56,705 nucleotides of DNA, taken from positions 1 to 56,705 of the IMG/VR virus record IMGVR_UViG_3300035162_003548. One strand, written 5' to 3'. A model generated the notes under the pieces. It did not search any database, had not been told where the DNA came from, and was given only the letters and a program-made list of their open reading frames with translations. Origin of the DNA: a virus (lineage: Duplodnaviria > Caudoviricetes). The first letter of the stretch is position 1. The number at the start of each line of letters is the position of its first letter. Below, piece by piece: positions 50,301 through 56,579 of this stretch. A program made the position numbers and the translations under genes.

Positions 50301-51376
50301 TCAAAATACACACAGGTGCCAGATGTTCCATTCTCATATTGAAAACTTAATGTTCCTTGGGGTGGAAATCCTATAGTACTGTCAACGTCTAAGAAAGATT
50401 GCCCTACTCCAACAGGTCCCACAATATAAGTTTTTGGGTGTGTTGAAAAATCTCCATATATTAATTCTGATGATCCATCTTGTTGTATTAAAGATCCATC
50501 GATAGCAACTTTATAGTACTTATCAGTAGAAACTCCAGAATATATTTTCTCTACACTCGATATTGGTGCATATGCTTTTTCAATTGATTCGTATTGGTCT
50601 TGAAAAAGAGTTCTATTTAATAATTTGTCAGGATCTCCTTCTATAACTTCAACAATTAAATTTCTATTTACTCTATAGTTGGCATCTGATGGAGTTACTA
50701 CAGAATCGATTGGCCTAACAATTTCTGCAGGTAGGCCATATAATGCATTAAAAAGAATATTGAAAGACTCATCAGTTCCTCTTGATGAATAAAAACTTTT
50801 CGAATTCTTAATAAAATTTCTTTCATTTAATTCTTCAAATAGATTAACGTCATTTAATCCATTTAAAAGTTGATTTTTTGTTTTCCTTAAGAATTCCGCA
50901 AAGAAGATATCTGATAAATTATCAACCTGAGAGTATGCATAATGATACTCTGCTTCTGTCGATGAAAAAACTAAATCTTCCGAATCATTTAAATTATCGA
51001 AAGAACTAACTCCAGAGAATCCCCTAACACAAGCATTAAAAGTAATATCTGATTTATAACGATAAAATATAATTTCATCGTCAATTCTAATTAATCCATC
51101 AGTGTCCGGAAACCCGTCAGTGCTTCTAACGTAAATGTCATCACTTCTATATTCATCTAAATCATATGTTGTAAGTGTAAAATCAGTTTGTTTTTCGTTT
51201 AATGTTCTTTTTAAATATGAATCAATATTTTGGAGTAGATCAAGAGTTCCCCCATCAAATTCTTGGGAGCGATAATATCTTGATAAAAACTGACTAATCA
51301 GAGGAAACTCTTCCCTTACATAAGAAGGTAATTGACTCTCAATGATGTAACTGATCTTGACTCTGTTTTCTGACAT
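38366..51376 (-). CDS. gp7: Giant baseplate wedge initiator (4336 aa) with many repeated beta modules
   Basis: N-terminal QLPSYVREEFP...FYSSRGT, HSPIIGWSYDGHPIYGPYG, LDENNGRFCVTPEYPNGTYAYF, DNEYYQSFSY...HVAG; located between gp6 and gp8. Confidence 0.85.
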   Translation of the reverse strand: MSENRVKISYIIESQLPSYVREEFPLISQFLSRYYRSQEFDGGTLDLLQNIDSYLKRTLNEKQTDFTLTTYDLDEYRSDDIYVRSTDGFPDTDGLIRIDDEIIFYRYKSDITFNACVRGFSGVSSFDNLNDSEDLVFSSTEAEYHYAYSQVDNLSDIFFAEFLRKTKNQLLNGLNDVNLFEELNERNFIKNSKSFYSSRGTDESFNILFNALYGLPAEIVRPIDSVVTPSDANYRVNRNLIVEVIEGDPDKLLNRTLFQDQYESIEKAYAPISSVEKIYSGVSTDKYYKVAIDGSLIQQDGSSELIYGDFSTHPKTYIVGPVGVGQSFLDVDSTIGFPPQGTLSFQYENGTSGTCVYFDKTINQFLDIPIVDPEFSGGITTSVNDKTAIDLNTYAYVGDSSNNDVRLKIRSVLSDIDIPNETYYQRKGSKTKIKSLGKTGTSIIENNWIFNTAQYYEVSKLKLVDAVNSTYRLETKDSNILKIGDFLTLTDKNNLTLPNSFLVTDIFSDTACIFRGTGISDADLISKVTRNITKIDSSLHPDLNSFTANVQNVYLKPDIGLVDGKPYYGLYHEHPETGVRMVGSKHTQYPHKTIKDDPKSSKVLVASSSLPSVPDTKLDPKLQKFDISGTFEVGSDELKIISGMDHNLYTGDSVYYTPEKVSFNTQISNADGSTTEITQSYIESFLFEERVYFVKRIDENRIKLARSKSNIFNEIFVKVEGSSDTVTITSNSIQKLSVHDKKIRPQKLLREIKSPLNDGHSYDTKAGYTGIMINGVEILNYKSRDLCYHGEISSIDVINNGEDYDVINPPILGISDSVGSAATGFCSVEGNLKEIRILDSGFDYLETPIVKIDGGSGSQATAEAKLVTIPHKVSFDATGIGSAGVGIDTSTIGFTTSHKFRNGERVVYKTFGRKALVGLSSDATYYVNVKDNYTITLHKNLSDASVGVGTITFTDFGEGIQSINSFDGKSILKSIVVTNSGIGYKNKKTSCAAAGVSTSLNLINIKNHGYGSGEILKYTTDGTSIGSLTDSSEYYVTVLNDDQFKLSSVGVGTTQTDFYYKTKQYQNLDSIGSGTHEFNYKDISVTVSGIVGINSIEGKTFDAVVQPIFRGVIESIFLVNNGVGYGATNILNYERPPQIDLNSGRGAEISPVIINGRISDVIVSAAGTDYNSPPKVNILGIGTGAQIVTKLNTSGNIIAATIVNSGAGYGSSTTSIEVIKSGKSALLKPNIQTWTVNEFRKNLVNITSDDVIISNSIKKSSELQCSYAYAPRNLRKTLYSTSSDGTILYGSKDLELINGAESNSNAHSPIIGWSYDGHPIYGPYGYSTKSGGTITQLKSGYTLNLKSNRPPVSEFPQEFFVEDFLWLDNTDESFLDENNGRFCVTPEYPNGTYAYFASLDEISSSDGVFKSFKKPKFPYLIGNKFYSKPNEFNFKSISNQTDLDLNKTSWVRNVYPYSLGKKYSGYDYANQSYTKVDQEATIVNVKKGQVDSIGILTGGQSYKVDDKIIFEKQPNNSFVPSASVTRVFGSGISTISAVTTNLDNVEFYLAGSGRFVGVSTSSHNFINGDIVQITGLTTTTSELETSVSIGINTTFLALRKDVDNIGATGIVTYFSVVGDLGVTENDIFKLGNENVKVLNVDLFSSRIRVLRQENSTVGTSHTTTTTLEELPRKIFFDVGINTNYSNKINREIYFNPSESVGLAQSGSVGVGIGTTLSISNPGSGKTQIFVETRSIYLPNHQLSTGDIVTYQPNSGDSIGIATNSIVGNGATDPDTTLLNQHSSLFVAKLGVDFIGLSTVKIGIGSTGSLAGIADTTSHQGLVYFLGIGTGVYHSFKTTHPVIKGKVEKNTVTVSTASSHGLSNEDFVSINVNPSNTTNLDFYYNKANRKSIITGLAFTSGGITTSTSQTGFENSINLTNHGLVTGQKVIHISDNPARGLGTNVEYFVYVIDRNNIRLTDNEFQTAQSLPNFVGITSASNGEIFPVNPSIKLYKDSIVNFNLSDSTLSYTQNATSFPAFDMKFYIDKNFTKEYFGAGVINDDGSFDVSKKGIIGVTTDAKVTLRVKKDTPRVLYYKLTAINDLANLPINKGIVVDTNLNSNNELLIEDSNYNGNHRIISTSNNTFRYDLSSFPESSSYTSDSSKLSYTTNSLSAYGAINQVRITDKGRSYESIPGISTIQSSVGNGAILEPESKSIGKVQKISIDNIGFDYPADFTLRPTAKLPQVLKIEPLTGFESIGVTSLGRGYNTAPSLVVIDGRTKKTISDVKLKYTLGKVSVDILENTNSLSNTQPSIIPVGNPNGIRASNFSYDSSSKEVTVTLKDAFSTNDTFPLEVGDKVLVENVSVGVGSTGLGFNSENYDYARFEVTEVFQNLSSVGVVTYSVDGYVSNGQTPGTFDSINSSAVLVRERDFPQFDSTLKPNIFQAGEQVSNGDQIGDVFEWDAINKYLVVESSDEFDIGDIVKSNQTGRKGLVKEKISFETKYDLDYFSIVNDGWEYDKGFLNNESQRIHDNEYYQSFSYAIKSKIPFDLWENTVSKLNHVAGFRKFGNLEVESLLLPSNANTLRPVVDQDVSLIYTLQSVSSLNCVNNFDLVSENFLNGSVRNYSDEINFSTRILQDFAESIGNRVLAIDDVSSEFNNNARSTPFEEIYRNRLVDGRSQKIIAYIQDRLFTGEREIMIIDAVHDSGRGFSMMNQYGACNTVLDLGSFDFVIEGTESSLRFYPNKFEINNYNVRIFSYNIDTNILGVSTSEVSVGSTSIGESTGFTGGLVSIASSAVKMAGGAETTIVTLAGIGTTVSGTRSAKVLVSVEGSDGSVEYDELTVVHDGTNVQLMEYGQLSIHSLDAASTGSNIGEFGASISGNDVLVKYTPIAGLTTAYVNTLTVGLSSEGYTGIGTYELSYTSIEAKSTSIASTTMPVAVGIASYNDAYDAAYCFVQVSDTTNGRYEISEVVVIDDYNDEAPENVSIVEYGNTQVGSGAFVGLGTISARRSNDGTNYTEVTFTPDAGANIEVKTYMNAMRPEINDNPFPSPSGGREVGGESEIEFGNASIENSGSVYTGTLNSIKRQFNLQHKTLDVFRRVVDGSSTQIVNLTNDTITIPNHFFVTGEELVYAPSTGIATNALGIARTTFVGVGSTTFLPSSVFAIKEGDNKIKLARSAEDALKNIAVNLNFTSVGVGTSHSFTSKNQNQKILVSIDNVIQSPVAGTSVTTSLADIVIPSTDIVKFVGLTSFFGADYVRVGAADTGEIMKILGVGIGSTNALRVQRGWLGSNVVGHSTGELVTKIRGNYNITDNYINFAEAPNGLNPIGTTTNPPSERDWIGITTSSSFNARVFIRSGVKGSTSETYSENYLYDDISQKFTGQDKDFSLTVSGSNVVGVATNNAILLINSIFQEPGNTSNYSLTEVGGISSIRFTGTASSVAYDPNNAQIPVGGVIISVGSTEGFGYQPLVSAGGTSIVSAAGTIASISIGNSGSGYRSGIQTVNVSIQRESLTTADIVAIGTAAITNGHITGVAVTDNRVFYVPRDISNVGYTSITGITTITTSTAHGLIVGNEVVLSGIAFTCDYAPGVGIQSAVYNNVTGIMTVTTTGAHGLSVTGKSSDVLLTGLGFTCALGVGIHTYPRTTDPVYCGTQVTGVSSATQFTVNAGISTVPTFYVSGGIAQPALIAPRGNNNSSSGQDPAFAGTPVLTVINSTKFEVNSGISTRPHNYSRCGKVNQLLKVIIDSPLSYSNIPLTYSSLSPGSGGAQGKVDVVVGQGSSVIDFEVTNGGYGYGVSQLLTIPVGGSTGIPTTSSYTENREFRIEVQEVDGDSFTAWSIGQLQVLDDVSSLFDGSRKTFPISASGNSFSIQSSPGSLISVQDTLLVFVNDILQVPDLSYFFNGGSNITFEEAPKAGDSFKLIFYRGTGGADVVDRDITETVKVGDDLTIGYNTKLKQTPLNINQTKFLQEELRTVSEVTSSSSVDTNPYSGPGIDDNSRMLRPVKWCRQTEDRFVGGKVISKARDLYKANIFPTANMIKSVGIGSTIINVDNVRPFFNAKNENDISTDFQKDIIIVDNPEQVSAAATSIVGSGTTVTSIIISDGGKGYTSAPEVTIQNPVGLGSTFRASATATISGGSVSSISINTGGAGYAQTTHPIVLISPPTFLTETNTIDSYSGDFGIITGIGTTSMSGIATGLVLDLVIPVNSFLRDADITQPSAITASGISTGDLFVIRNSNVGSGATSLDENNAVVGIGTTFIDGIYRAAHVTIGVSTDAIGFGATTVTQVVVSVNSLNGLTGLGFSNFYGEYSWGKLTLNDRNKLQSYSVNTLNGVTGIETGPVIIREKALKVKSYST

Positions 51377-51382
51377 TTGTTT

Positions 51383-53317
51383 TTATCTTACAATACTTCC
51401 TGCATTATAGCTGGAACTTACGGTATAATTTGATCCCGAAGGATCTGATCCTGAAGAAATTTGATCAACGATGGGTTCAACTAATGTCCTATCTAGTTGT
51501 AAATAAAGGTCCTGTAAACCTATAACGTCATTAGATAGTGGACATGCTGATATTTCTAAAACTTGTTGACTGTCTTTGGTTTTTCCTGCTATTATGTTAA
51601 GAGGATTTAAAGTTATCCTACCTTTTTCATAATCCACTAGGCCAACACCCTTTCTTCTTACAACTGGGGTTGTAGAATCTAAAGTTGGTAAAGAAATTAA
51701 ATTAATAACTCCAGTTTTTTTATCAGTGTTGGGGACATCAGTAAGGTACACATCATCACTAGTATCTATCAACCTAAATGCAGAGGACTTTATATTATAT
51801 CCATTCATAGATTTAACATAGAATGAATTTCCAAAATCAATAGCATATTCGGCAAATGTATTAAGTGCTAACCTCAAATCTCTTCTAATTTGAAGAGTTG
51901 TTATATTAGAAGTTATTGACACATGACTTTGATCTATAAGTCTTAAAAATTGACTATATTTGAATCTTGCACCATATCTATTTAATTCACTTGAATCTGC
52001 ATACTTTGTGATGTTTTCTTGTACTTTTGATGATACAGCAGATGAATTTGGTGATAAATTTGAGTTATAATACACTTTACTTTCAGATTCAATATAAAGA
52101 TATTTTAAATCTAAAATTTCAGGTATAATTCCTGCAACAGCATATTTTTTAAGACTTCTTTTTATATTTTCTTTAATTGCATTTGGAATGAAATCTCCAT
52201 TTCTAGGTTTTATACTAATAAAAACTTTTCCATATTGTGGTGGTACTAAGTCTTCCCCACCATACACAGAAATTGACTCAGTTTCTGGGTAAATTTTATT
52301 TGGAATTAATATTTCATAATCATTTGATGTCAATGCTCTATTTTGAGTTGCATAAATTTGTGGAGCATACTTTCTAACAGACTCTACACTTTCAATTTCT
52401 TCTCCACCACTAGATGAAAGTTCTGTTGAAACTAGAGATATTCCACTTGTAACCGGAAATCTACTACTACCTCTAGGATATTCTAAACTTCCACTAAACA
52501 CAAAGTTACTAATTCCATTAGCAGAATCACCGGAAGTTCTTATATAAGATGCTTCTATAATATTGCCATTTTCAAGTGCTTGGCCAAAAACATTATCTCC
52601 AAAAATTAATTCATATCTTTCATCTTCAACTTCTTGTATATAATATATTTTAGAACTTCCGCTAATTGCTGATCCTGTATTAGGATCAAAAAGATCATCT
52701 TGACGACTATATTTGAGGGAAACCGTTGAATTTTCTGATGGTTTGATTTTTACAACTAAAGTATCTAAATCAATTCCAGAATTTGACAGTACAAATTTTT
52801 GTTTGGAATTTGAAGTATCAACTTCAAAGGATTGATTAATAACAAATCCTTCATAAACTGTAATTCCATCAAAAAGTGCCACTCCATCAATAACAGATGC
52901 AGTTATATCCTCAGTAATACCGAAAACAAATGACTGATTATTAGAATTTCCAGATGATGATGCTACTGGACCTTTTTTTAATACTACGGTACTTGGTGGA
53001 TTTTTAATATTTGAAACATCTGCAAGGAAATTTATGTTTACTCTTGATGATTTTTTAGATCTAGGTACATATCCAATATTTCTTGCAAGTGATACTACAT
53101 TTTCTCTTAAAGTAGCACTATCAATAAACACCTCATTCGATACCATGTTGGCATTGTATGAGCTTATGTAAGTGTTATATGCTAATAAGTCAATAATAGT
53201 TGACAGATTAGACCCTTCAAAATCATAATCAGTAAAATTTGAATATGATCTTAGATAATCTTTGAGGGTAACCTTAATCTGGTCAAAATCCAGATTAGAA
53301 AAGTTTAAAAGAGGCAT
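51383..53317 (-). CDS. gp6: Baseplate wedge subunit
   Basis: LDFDQIK, FTDYDFEGSNL, LAYNTY, SATLRENVVSLARNIGY, QNRALTSNDY, YGKVFISIKP. Confidence 0.96.
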   Translation of the reverse strand: MPLLNFSNLDFDQIKVTLKDYLRSYSNFTDYDFEGSNLSTIIDLLAYNTYISSYNANMVSNEVFIDSATLRENVVSLARNIGYVPRSKKSSRVNINFLADVSNIKNPPSTVVLKKGPVASSSGNSNNQSFVFGITEDITASVIDGVALFDGITVYEGFVINQSFEVDTSNSKQKFVLSNSGIDLDTLVVKIKPSENSTVSLKYSRQDDLFDPNTGSAISGSSKIYYIQEVEDERYELIFGDNVFGQALENGNIIEASYIRTSGDSANGISNFVFSGSLEYPRGSSRFPVTSGISLVSTELSSSGGEEIESVESVRKYAPQIYATQNRALTSNDYEILIPNKIYPETESISVYGGEDLVPPQYGKVFISIKPRNGDFIPNAIKENIKRSLKKYAVAGIIPEILDLKYLYIESESKVYYNSNLSPNSSAVSSKVQENITKYADSSELNRYGARFKYSQFLRLIDQSHVSITSNITTLQIRRDLRLALNTFAEYAIDFGNSFYVKSMNGYNIKSSAFRLIDTSDDVYLTDVPNTDKKTGVINLISLPTLDSTTPVVRRKGVGLVDYEKGRITLNPLNIIAGKTKDSQQVLEISACPLSNDVIGLQDLYLQLDRTLVEPIVDQISSGSDPSGSNYTVSSSYNAGSIVR

Positions 53318-53719
53318 TTATCTTGTCGGTAGCAATACAAACTCTAATTGTTGCGGTGGAATATCGACACCAATAATGCGATATACAAGTTTTACATCAA
53401 AAGAATTGTTATCATAGTTGGGATTAGTCTCAACATCAATCAAAGCAACTCTTGGTTCATAATTATTGATTGAATTTTCAATCTCATCACGAATTGAAAT
53501 GGCACTTACATCATCCATATTTTCAAATAGTAACTTTGAGACATTTGATCCAAAATCTGGATCAAATAACTTTTCACCAGGAGAGGTTAAAATGATGTTT
53601 CTTACTGAACGGGCAATTGCAGTTGCGTTTTTAAGCGCAATAAGATCACTATTCAGGGGGTTAGCCTGAAATGTCATACTTATATCCTTGAAGGATTGGG
53701 ATACCCTTTCTAGAGGCAC
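53318..53719 (-). CDS. gp25: Baseplate wedge subunit, sheath initiator
   Basis: FKDISMTF, AIARSVRNIILT.PGEK.F.P.FGS, INNYEPRV. Confidence 0.95.
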   Translation of the reverse strand: MPLERVSQSFKDISMTFQANPLNSDLIALKNATAIARSVRNIILTSPGEKLFDPDFGSNVSKLLFENMDDVSAISIRDEIENSINNYEPRVALIDVETNPNYDNNSFDVKLVYRIIGVDIPPQQLEFVLLPTR

Positions 53720-53740
53720 TAGAATATAGCGATTATAACT

Positions 53741-53747
53741 TATTTAT
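53741..53747 (-). promoter_or_regulatory. Late promoter ATAAATA at the start of the baseplate operon
   Basis: Motif about 22 nt upstream of the gp25 start. Confidence 0.6.
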
Positions 53748-53750
53748 TCA

Positions 53751-53936
53751 CTAAAATTCAGTTAATATTGTAGGATCATTATTATCTTTGATTTGTTCAT
53801 CATTAATGACCTCATAAAGGTCTGTTTGAACCTTTGTGTCACGTTTTTTGGGTGTTAAATCATCATTTGCAATTTCACGAAGCATCTTTTGATGCTGATC
53901 GTTAGCCAAGTTGTCTAAAAAATCATGGTTTGTCAT
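53751..53936 (-). CDS. Hypothetical protein (61 aa)
   Basis: Likely start ATG 53936 (MTNHDFLDNLANDQHQKMLREIAND) preceded by GAGG; the track's longer version overlaps the upstream gene. Confidence 0.65.
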   Translation of the reverse strand: MTNHDFLDNLANDQHQKMLREIANDDLTPKKRDTKVQTDLYEVINDEQIKDNNDPTILTEF

Positions 53937-54609
53937 TACTTTCCTCTTTTTGTGGTAAATTTTCGCGTTCTTTTGCAGTTTTCCAAAAATACTCATCTTC
54001 ACGACCCATTCCGAGTCGGTCATAACCGTTTTCAACGCTATAGTATTGAGTGGAAACTTTAAAATCAGGCATTTTGGGGTCAACAGGAGTCAAACTGTTG
54101 TCAAAGATACGCATTCTATTGTTTGGATAGAGTGCATACTGACCATTCTCAAGTTCAATCAAGTTATGTGACTTATGTTCAGCTGGATTCTCACTCGTTG
54201 CATAGTCAATTACATCACAGTCCTGATGATAATTATCTATTGTACAGATATATTCACCTTTGACAATACCATGATCTCTGGTATAGCATTCAAAATCCAT
54301 TGAACCAATGAATTGCTTGTGAATTGACATAACACCATAATCCATACAGTTCCAGAACTGTAGGTTAGGAAGGTCCATATCGGGGTCTGGGACCCTCGGA
54401 GACGAGAGGAACGCGCTTATAGGTAGTTTGTCATACATTGCCGCATATTCGGGCAAATACGTCTCAAAATAGAAAGCACGTCCAGGTATCGACTTTGCCG
54501 AAATCCAGATACCTTTTACAAATTCTCCATGGCCTGATTGGTGATCAGTAAGGTATTCTTTTCTTACCCAGACCTCAACAGATGGGAGATTACAAATTAA
54601 TGCACTCAT
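53923..54609 (-). CDS. Conserved phage protein of unknown function
   Basis: MSALICNLP...WVRKEYL.DHQSGHGEF...LPISAF...WNCMDY...EHKSHN...NGQYALYPNNR; ATG 54609 overlaps the SET gene stop (ATGA). Confidence 0.8.
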   Translation of the reverse strand: MSALICNLPSVEVWVRKEYLTDHQSGHGEFVKGIWISAKSIPGRAFYFETYLPEYAAMYDKLPISAFLSSPRVPDPDMDLPNLQFWNCMDYGVMSIHKQFIGSMDFECYTRDHGIVKGEYICTIDNYHQDCDVIDYATSENPAEHKSHNLIELENGQYALYPNNRMRIFDNSLTPVDPKMPDFKVSTQYYSVENGYDRLGMGREDEYFWKTAKERENLPQKEESNDKP

Positions 54610-54974
54610 GTCCAAGTTCTCTCTAACTGAGAGTATCTATACAATAATTCTTCATCTTTTTTAATATCTTGAATTGCAATATAGAATTCATCATCATCAA
54701 TTCCTATATTTGGATTATCAGAATGATTTACATAGTATGCCTGATAGATTCTATCAAGGTCACAATCAATCCAGAATCCTTCATTATCACACCATGTTAA
54801 TGATGTAATGTTATCTTGCATCCATTCTGGTATTTGATTCCATAATATCTTTGTTGCTTTTTGACGTTTCTTCCAAATCATTGTACTCTTTGGAATATCA
54901 CACAAAGAAAAAACACCTACCCCGTCACAGACTTTGCTGGGAGCGAGATAGGTGTAAAGAGTTATATCATACAT
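54606..54974 (-). CDS. SET-domain protein-lysine methyltransferase (minimal, 122 aa)
   Basis: SET motifs PSKVCDGVGVFSLCDIPKST (GxG), YVNHSDNPN (NHSxxPN), AIQDIKKDEELLYRY (ELxxxY). Confidence 0.85.
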   Translation of the reverse strand: MYDITLYTYLAPSKVCDGVGVFSLCDIPKSTMIWKKRQKATKILWNQIPEWMQDNITSLTWCDNEGFWIDCDLDRIYQAYYVNHSDNPNIGIDDDEFYIAIQDIKKDEELLYRYSQLERTWT

Positions 54975-55120
54975 TAACCGCGGCCTTGACCACGATATAG
55001 TTTCTTTTTACCATTACGTGATGTTGGTGATAACTTAGTATTAACCGAGCGACCTTGACGAGTTCTTTTTGGTGCTGCTCTTTGAAATTCAAGTTTATTA
55101 CTACTGTACATTTTGGCCAT
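54974..55120 (-). CDS. 48-aa Lys/Arg-rich basic peptide
   Basis: Not in the track. MAKMYSSNKLEFQRAAPKRTRQGRSVNTKLSPTSRNGKKKLYRGQGRG*; GGAGGAG RBS upstream; TAATG overlap with the SET start. Confidence 0.8.
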   Translation of the reverse strand: MAKMYSSNKLEFQRAAPKRTRQGRSVNTKLSPTSRNGKKKLYRGQGRG

Positions 55121-55304
55121 CTGTATGCTCCTCCATAGAAATTAAATTGGCATCAAACATATCCTTACCTTCTGAAGGACTTTCATAATAACGTTCTGCA
55201 AGATCTTGCATTACATCAAGACATTCTTCATACGAGAGGTTTTGATGAATTTTCTCTCCTGCATAAAGAATGTCAAATCTTTTAGATAATACGAGTTTTT
55301 TCAT
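55101..55304 (-). CDS. Hypothetical protein
   Basis: 67-aa ORF (FDILYAGEKIHQNLSYEEC..VMQDLAERYY) between the glycosyltransferase and the basic peptide; start uncertain. Confidence 0.6.
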   Translation of the reverse strand: MKKLVLSKRFDILYAGEKIHQNLSYEECLDVMQDLAERYYESPSEGKDMFDANLISMEEHTDGQNVQ

Positions 55305-56049
55305 GACCTACACGAATACGAGGATCGCACCAAATTTCAAATCCTTCATCCTTGGCATCAAGACAGAATGAGACATCCTCACCACACATGTCTTGTACTT
55401 CACCAGACTCAAAGACTTGCATCTTAGGTGCAAACCATGGATACTCAAGATTCTCAAAGACACCCTTCTTAATTAATACCCATCCGAAACCTGTATAATC
55501 AACAGTAAAAGGCTTCTTACGCTTACTGATGGATTCGACAGTCTCGTGATTCATCACTCCACCATTCTTACGGAAATCATCTTCCTCTAACCAGTGCGCG
55601 ACAGATGTTGTGTGTCCATCCTCTGTGGCATACCATCCTGCAGCAATCTCTTTCTCCTCTCCTTCTGCACTCAGTGCAACATCACAAAGCTGCCAGAACT
55701 TGGTTGTGTCAAATACAATATCACTATCAATCCATAACTGATAGTCATACTCTAATTTACCATCCCATGGTACTTGCTTAGAACCACGTAATACATTTGC
55801 TCCTAGTACCTTACAACGTGCAAAGTTTACCATAGAAGAGTAATCTTGACTGATCTGAATGCTCATGCCATTCTGTACCATGTCAAAACATAACTGTACA
55901 AAATTCTTTAGAAAGGTATAAGAGCATCCACGCCCAGGAAGACAGAATACAATTGCTTTACCACGCATTCTCTCCTTAATTGCATCGATGTCCCACTCTG
56001 CTTCTTTTTGCTTTGGTGCAACAGTCTTAACTTTAAATCCTTTAGCCAT
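55282..56049 (-). CDS. Glycosyltransferase, GT-A fold
   Basis: IVFCLPG, ARC, YDYQLWIDSDIVF (DxD), VDYTGFGWVLIKKGVFE, GEDVSFC, IRVGHEK. Confidence 0.85.
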   Translation of the reverse strand: MAKGFKVKTVAPKQKEAEWDIDAIKERMRGKAIVFCLPGRGCSYTFLKNFVQLCFDMVQNGMSIQISQDYSSMVNFARCKVLGANVLRGSKQVPWDGKLEYDYQLWIDSDIVFDTTKFWQLCDVALSAEGEEKEIAAGWYATEDGHTTSVAHWLEEDDFRKNGGVMNHETVESISKRKKPFTVDYTGFGWVLIKKGVFENLEYPWFAPKMQVFESGEVQDMCGEDVSFCLDAKDEGFEIWCDPRIRVGHEKTRII

Positions 56050-56072
56050 AGTTTGAAATAACCTTCAATTCA

Positions 56073-56101
56073 ATTCTATCGTAGTATGTATATCTTGTCA
56101 A
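56073..56101 (-). promoter_or_regulatory. Sigma70-like early promoter for the glycosyltransferase-SET block
   Basis: Minus strand TTGACA-N17-TAGAAT. Confidence 0.75.
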
Positions 56102-56111
56102 TCCTTTCGGA

Positions 56112-56300
56112 TCAATAAGAATTTTCTTGATTGTCAATCGAGAGTTTTAACTCCTCATATGATAAATCCTCAAGTTGATAGTCAGTCTGCATTAGACCAA
56201 CCATCCCCTTGAGGGTATTCCATGTCTTATTAAATTGTGTCTCACTTAGATTATTATATAAGCATTCATCCTTTGCATATATGTGATATACCTTAGACAT
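56112..56300 (-). CDS. Hypothetical protein
   Basis: 62-aa ORF with GGAGG RBS (MSKVYHIYAKDECLYNNLSE...). Confidence 0.7.
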   Translation of the reverse strand: MSKVYHIYAKDECLYNNLSETQFNKTWNTLKGMVGLMQTDYQLEDLSYEELKLSIDNQENSY

Positions 56301-56495
56301 GTACCTCCAATCTTATAGTTCTTTGTATCTATAATAAAAAACCTATAGGGGCGTTTTTGGCCACACGGAATTTTTTTTTTGAACTTGGTATTACTCTCGC
56401 GTTTTGTCACCTCTGTAGGTTAGGGTAGTTAGACGTTTTTATCACGCCCCCCATAACGCAACAACGCCGCCATCAAAACACTGTCATTTCACTGT

Positions 56496-56524
56496 ATATT
56501 AGCACGGAGACTGATTGATGTCAA
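56496..56524 (-). promoter_or_regulatory. Sigma70-like promoter overlapped by an inverted repeat
   Basis: Minus strand TTGACA-N17-TAATAT; GCACGG (56502-56507) / CCGTGC (56528-56533) inverted repeat brackets the -35. Confidence 0.65.
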
Positions 56525-56579
56525 CCCCCGTGCCACTAAGTATCACATAGTAGTTTTAAGTCATACTTAGGACTGTGTG

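Noticed and set aside
56418-56432. GGTTAGGGTAGTTAG, a telomere-like repeat
   Set aside because: Single TTAGGG unit with no tandem array
56386-56435. Minus-strand frame reading TLTYRGD, resembling the DUF4278 LTYRG motif
   Set aside because: An in-frame TAA lies just upstream and there is no start codon; treated as non-coding
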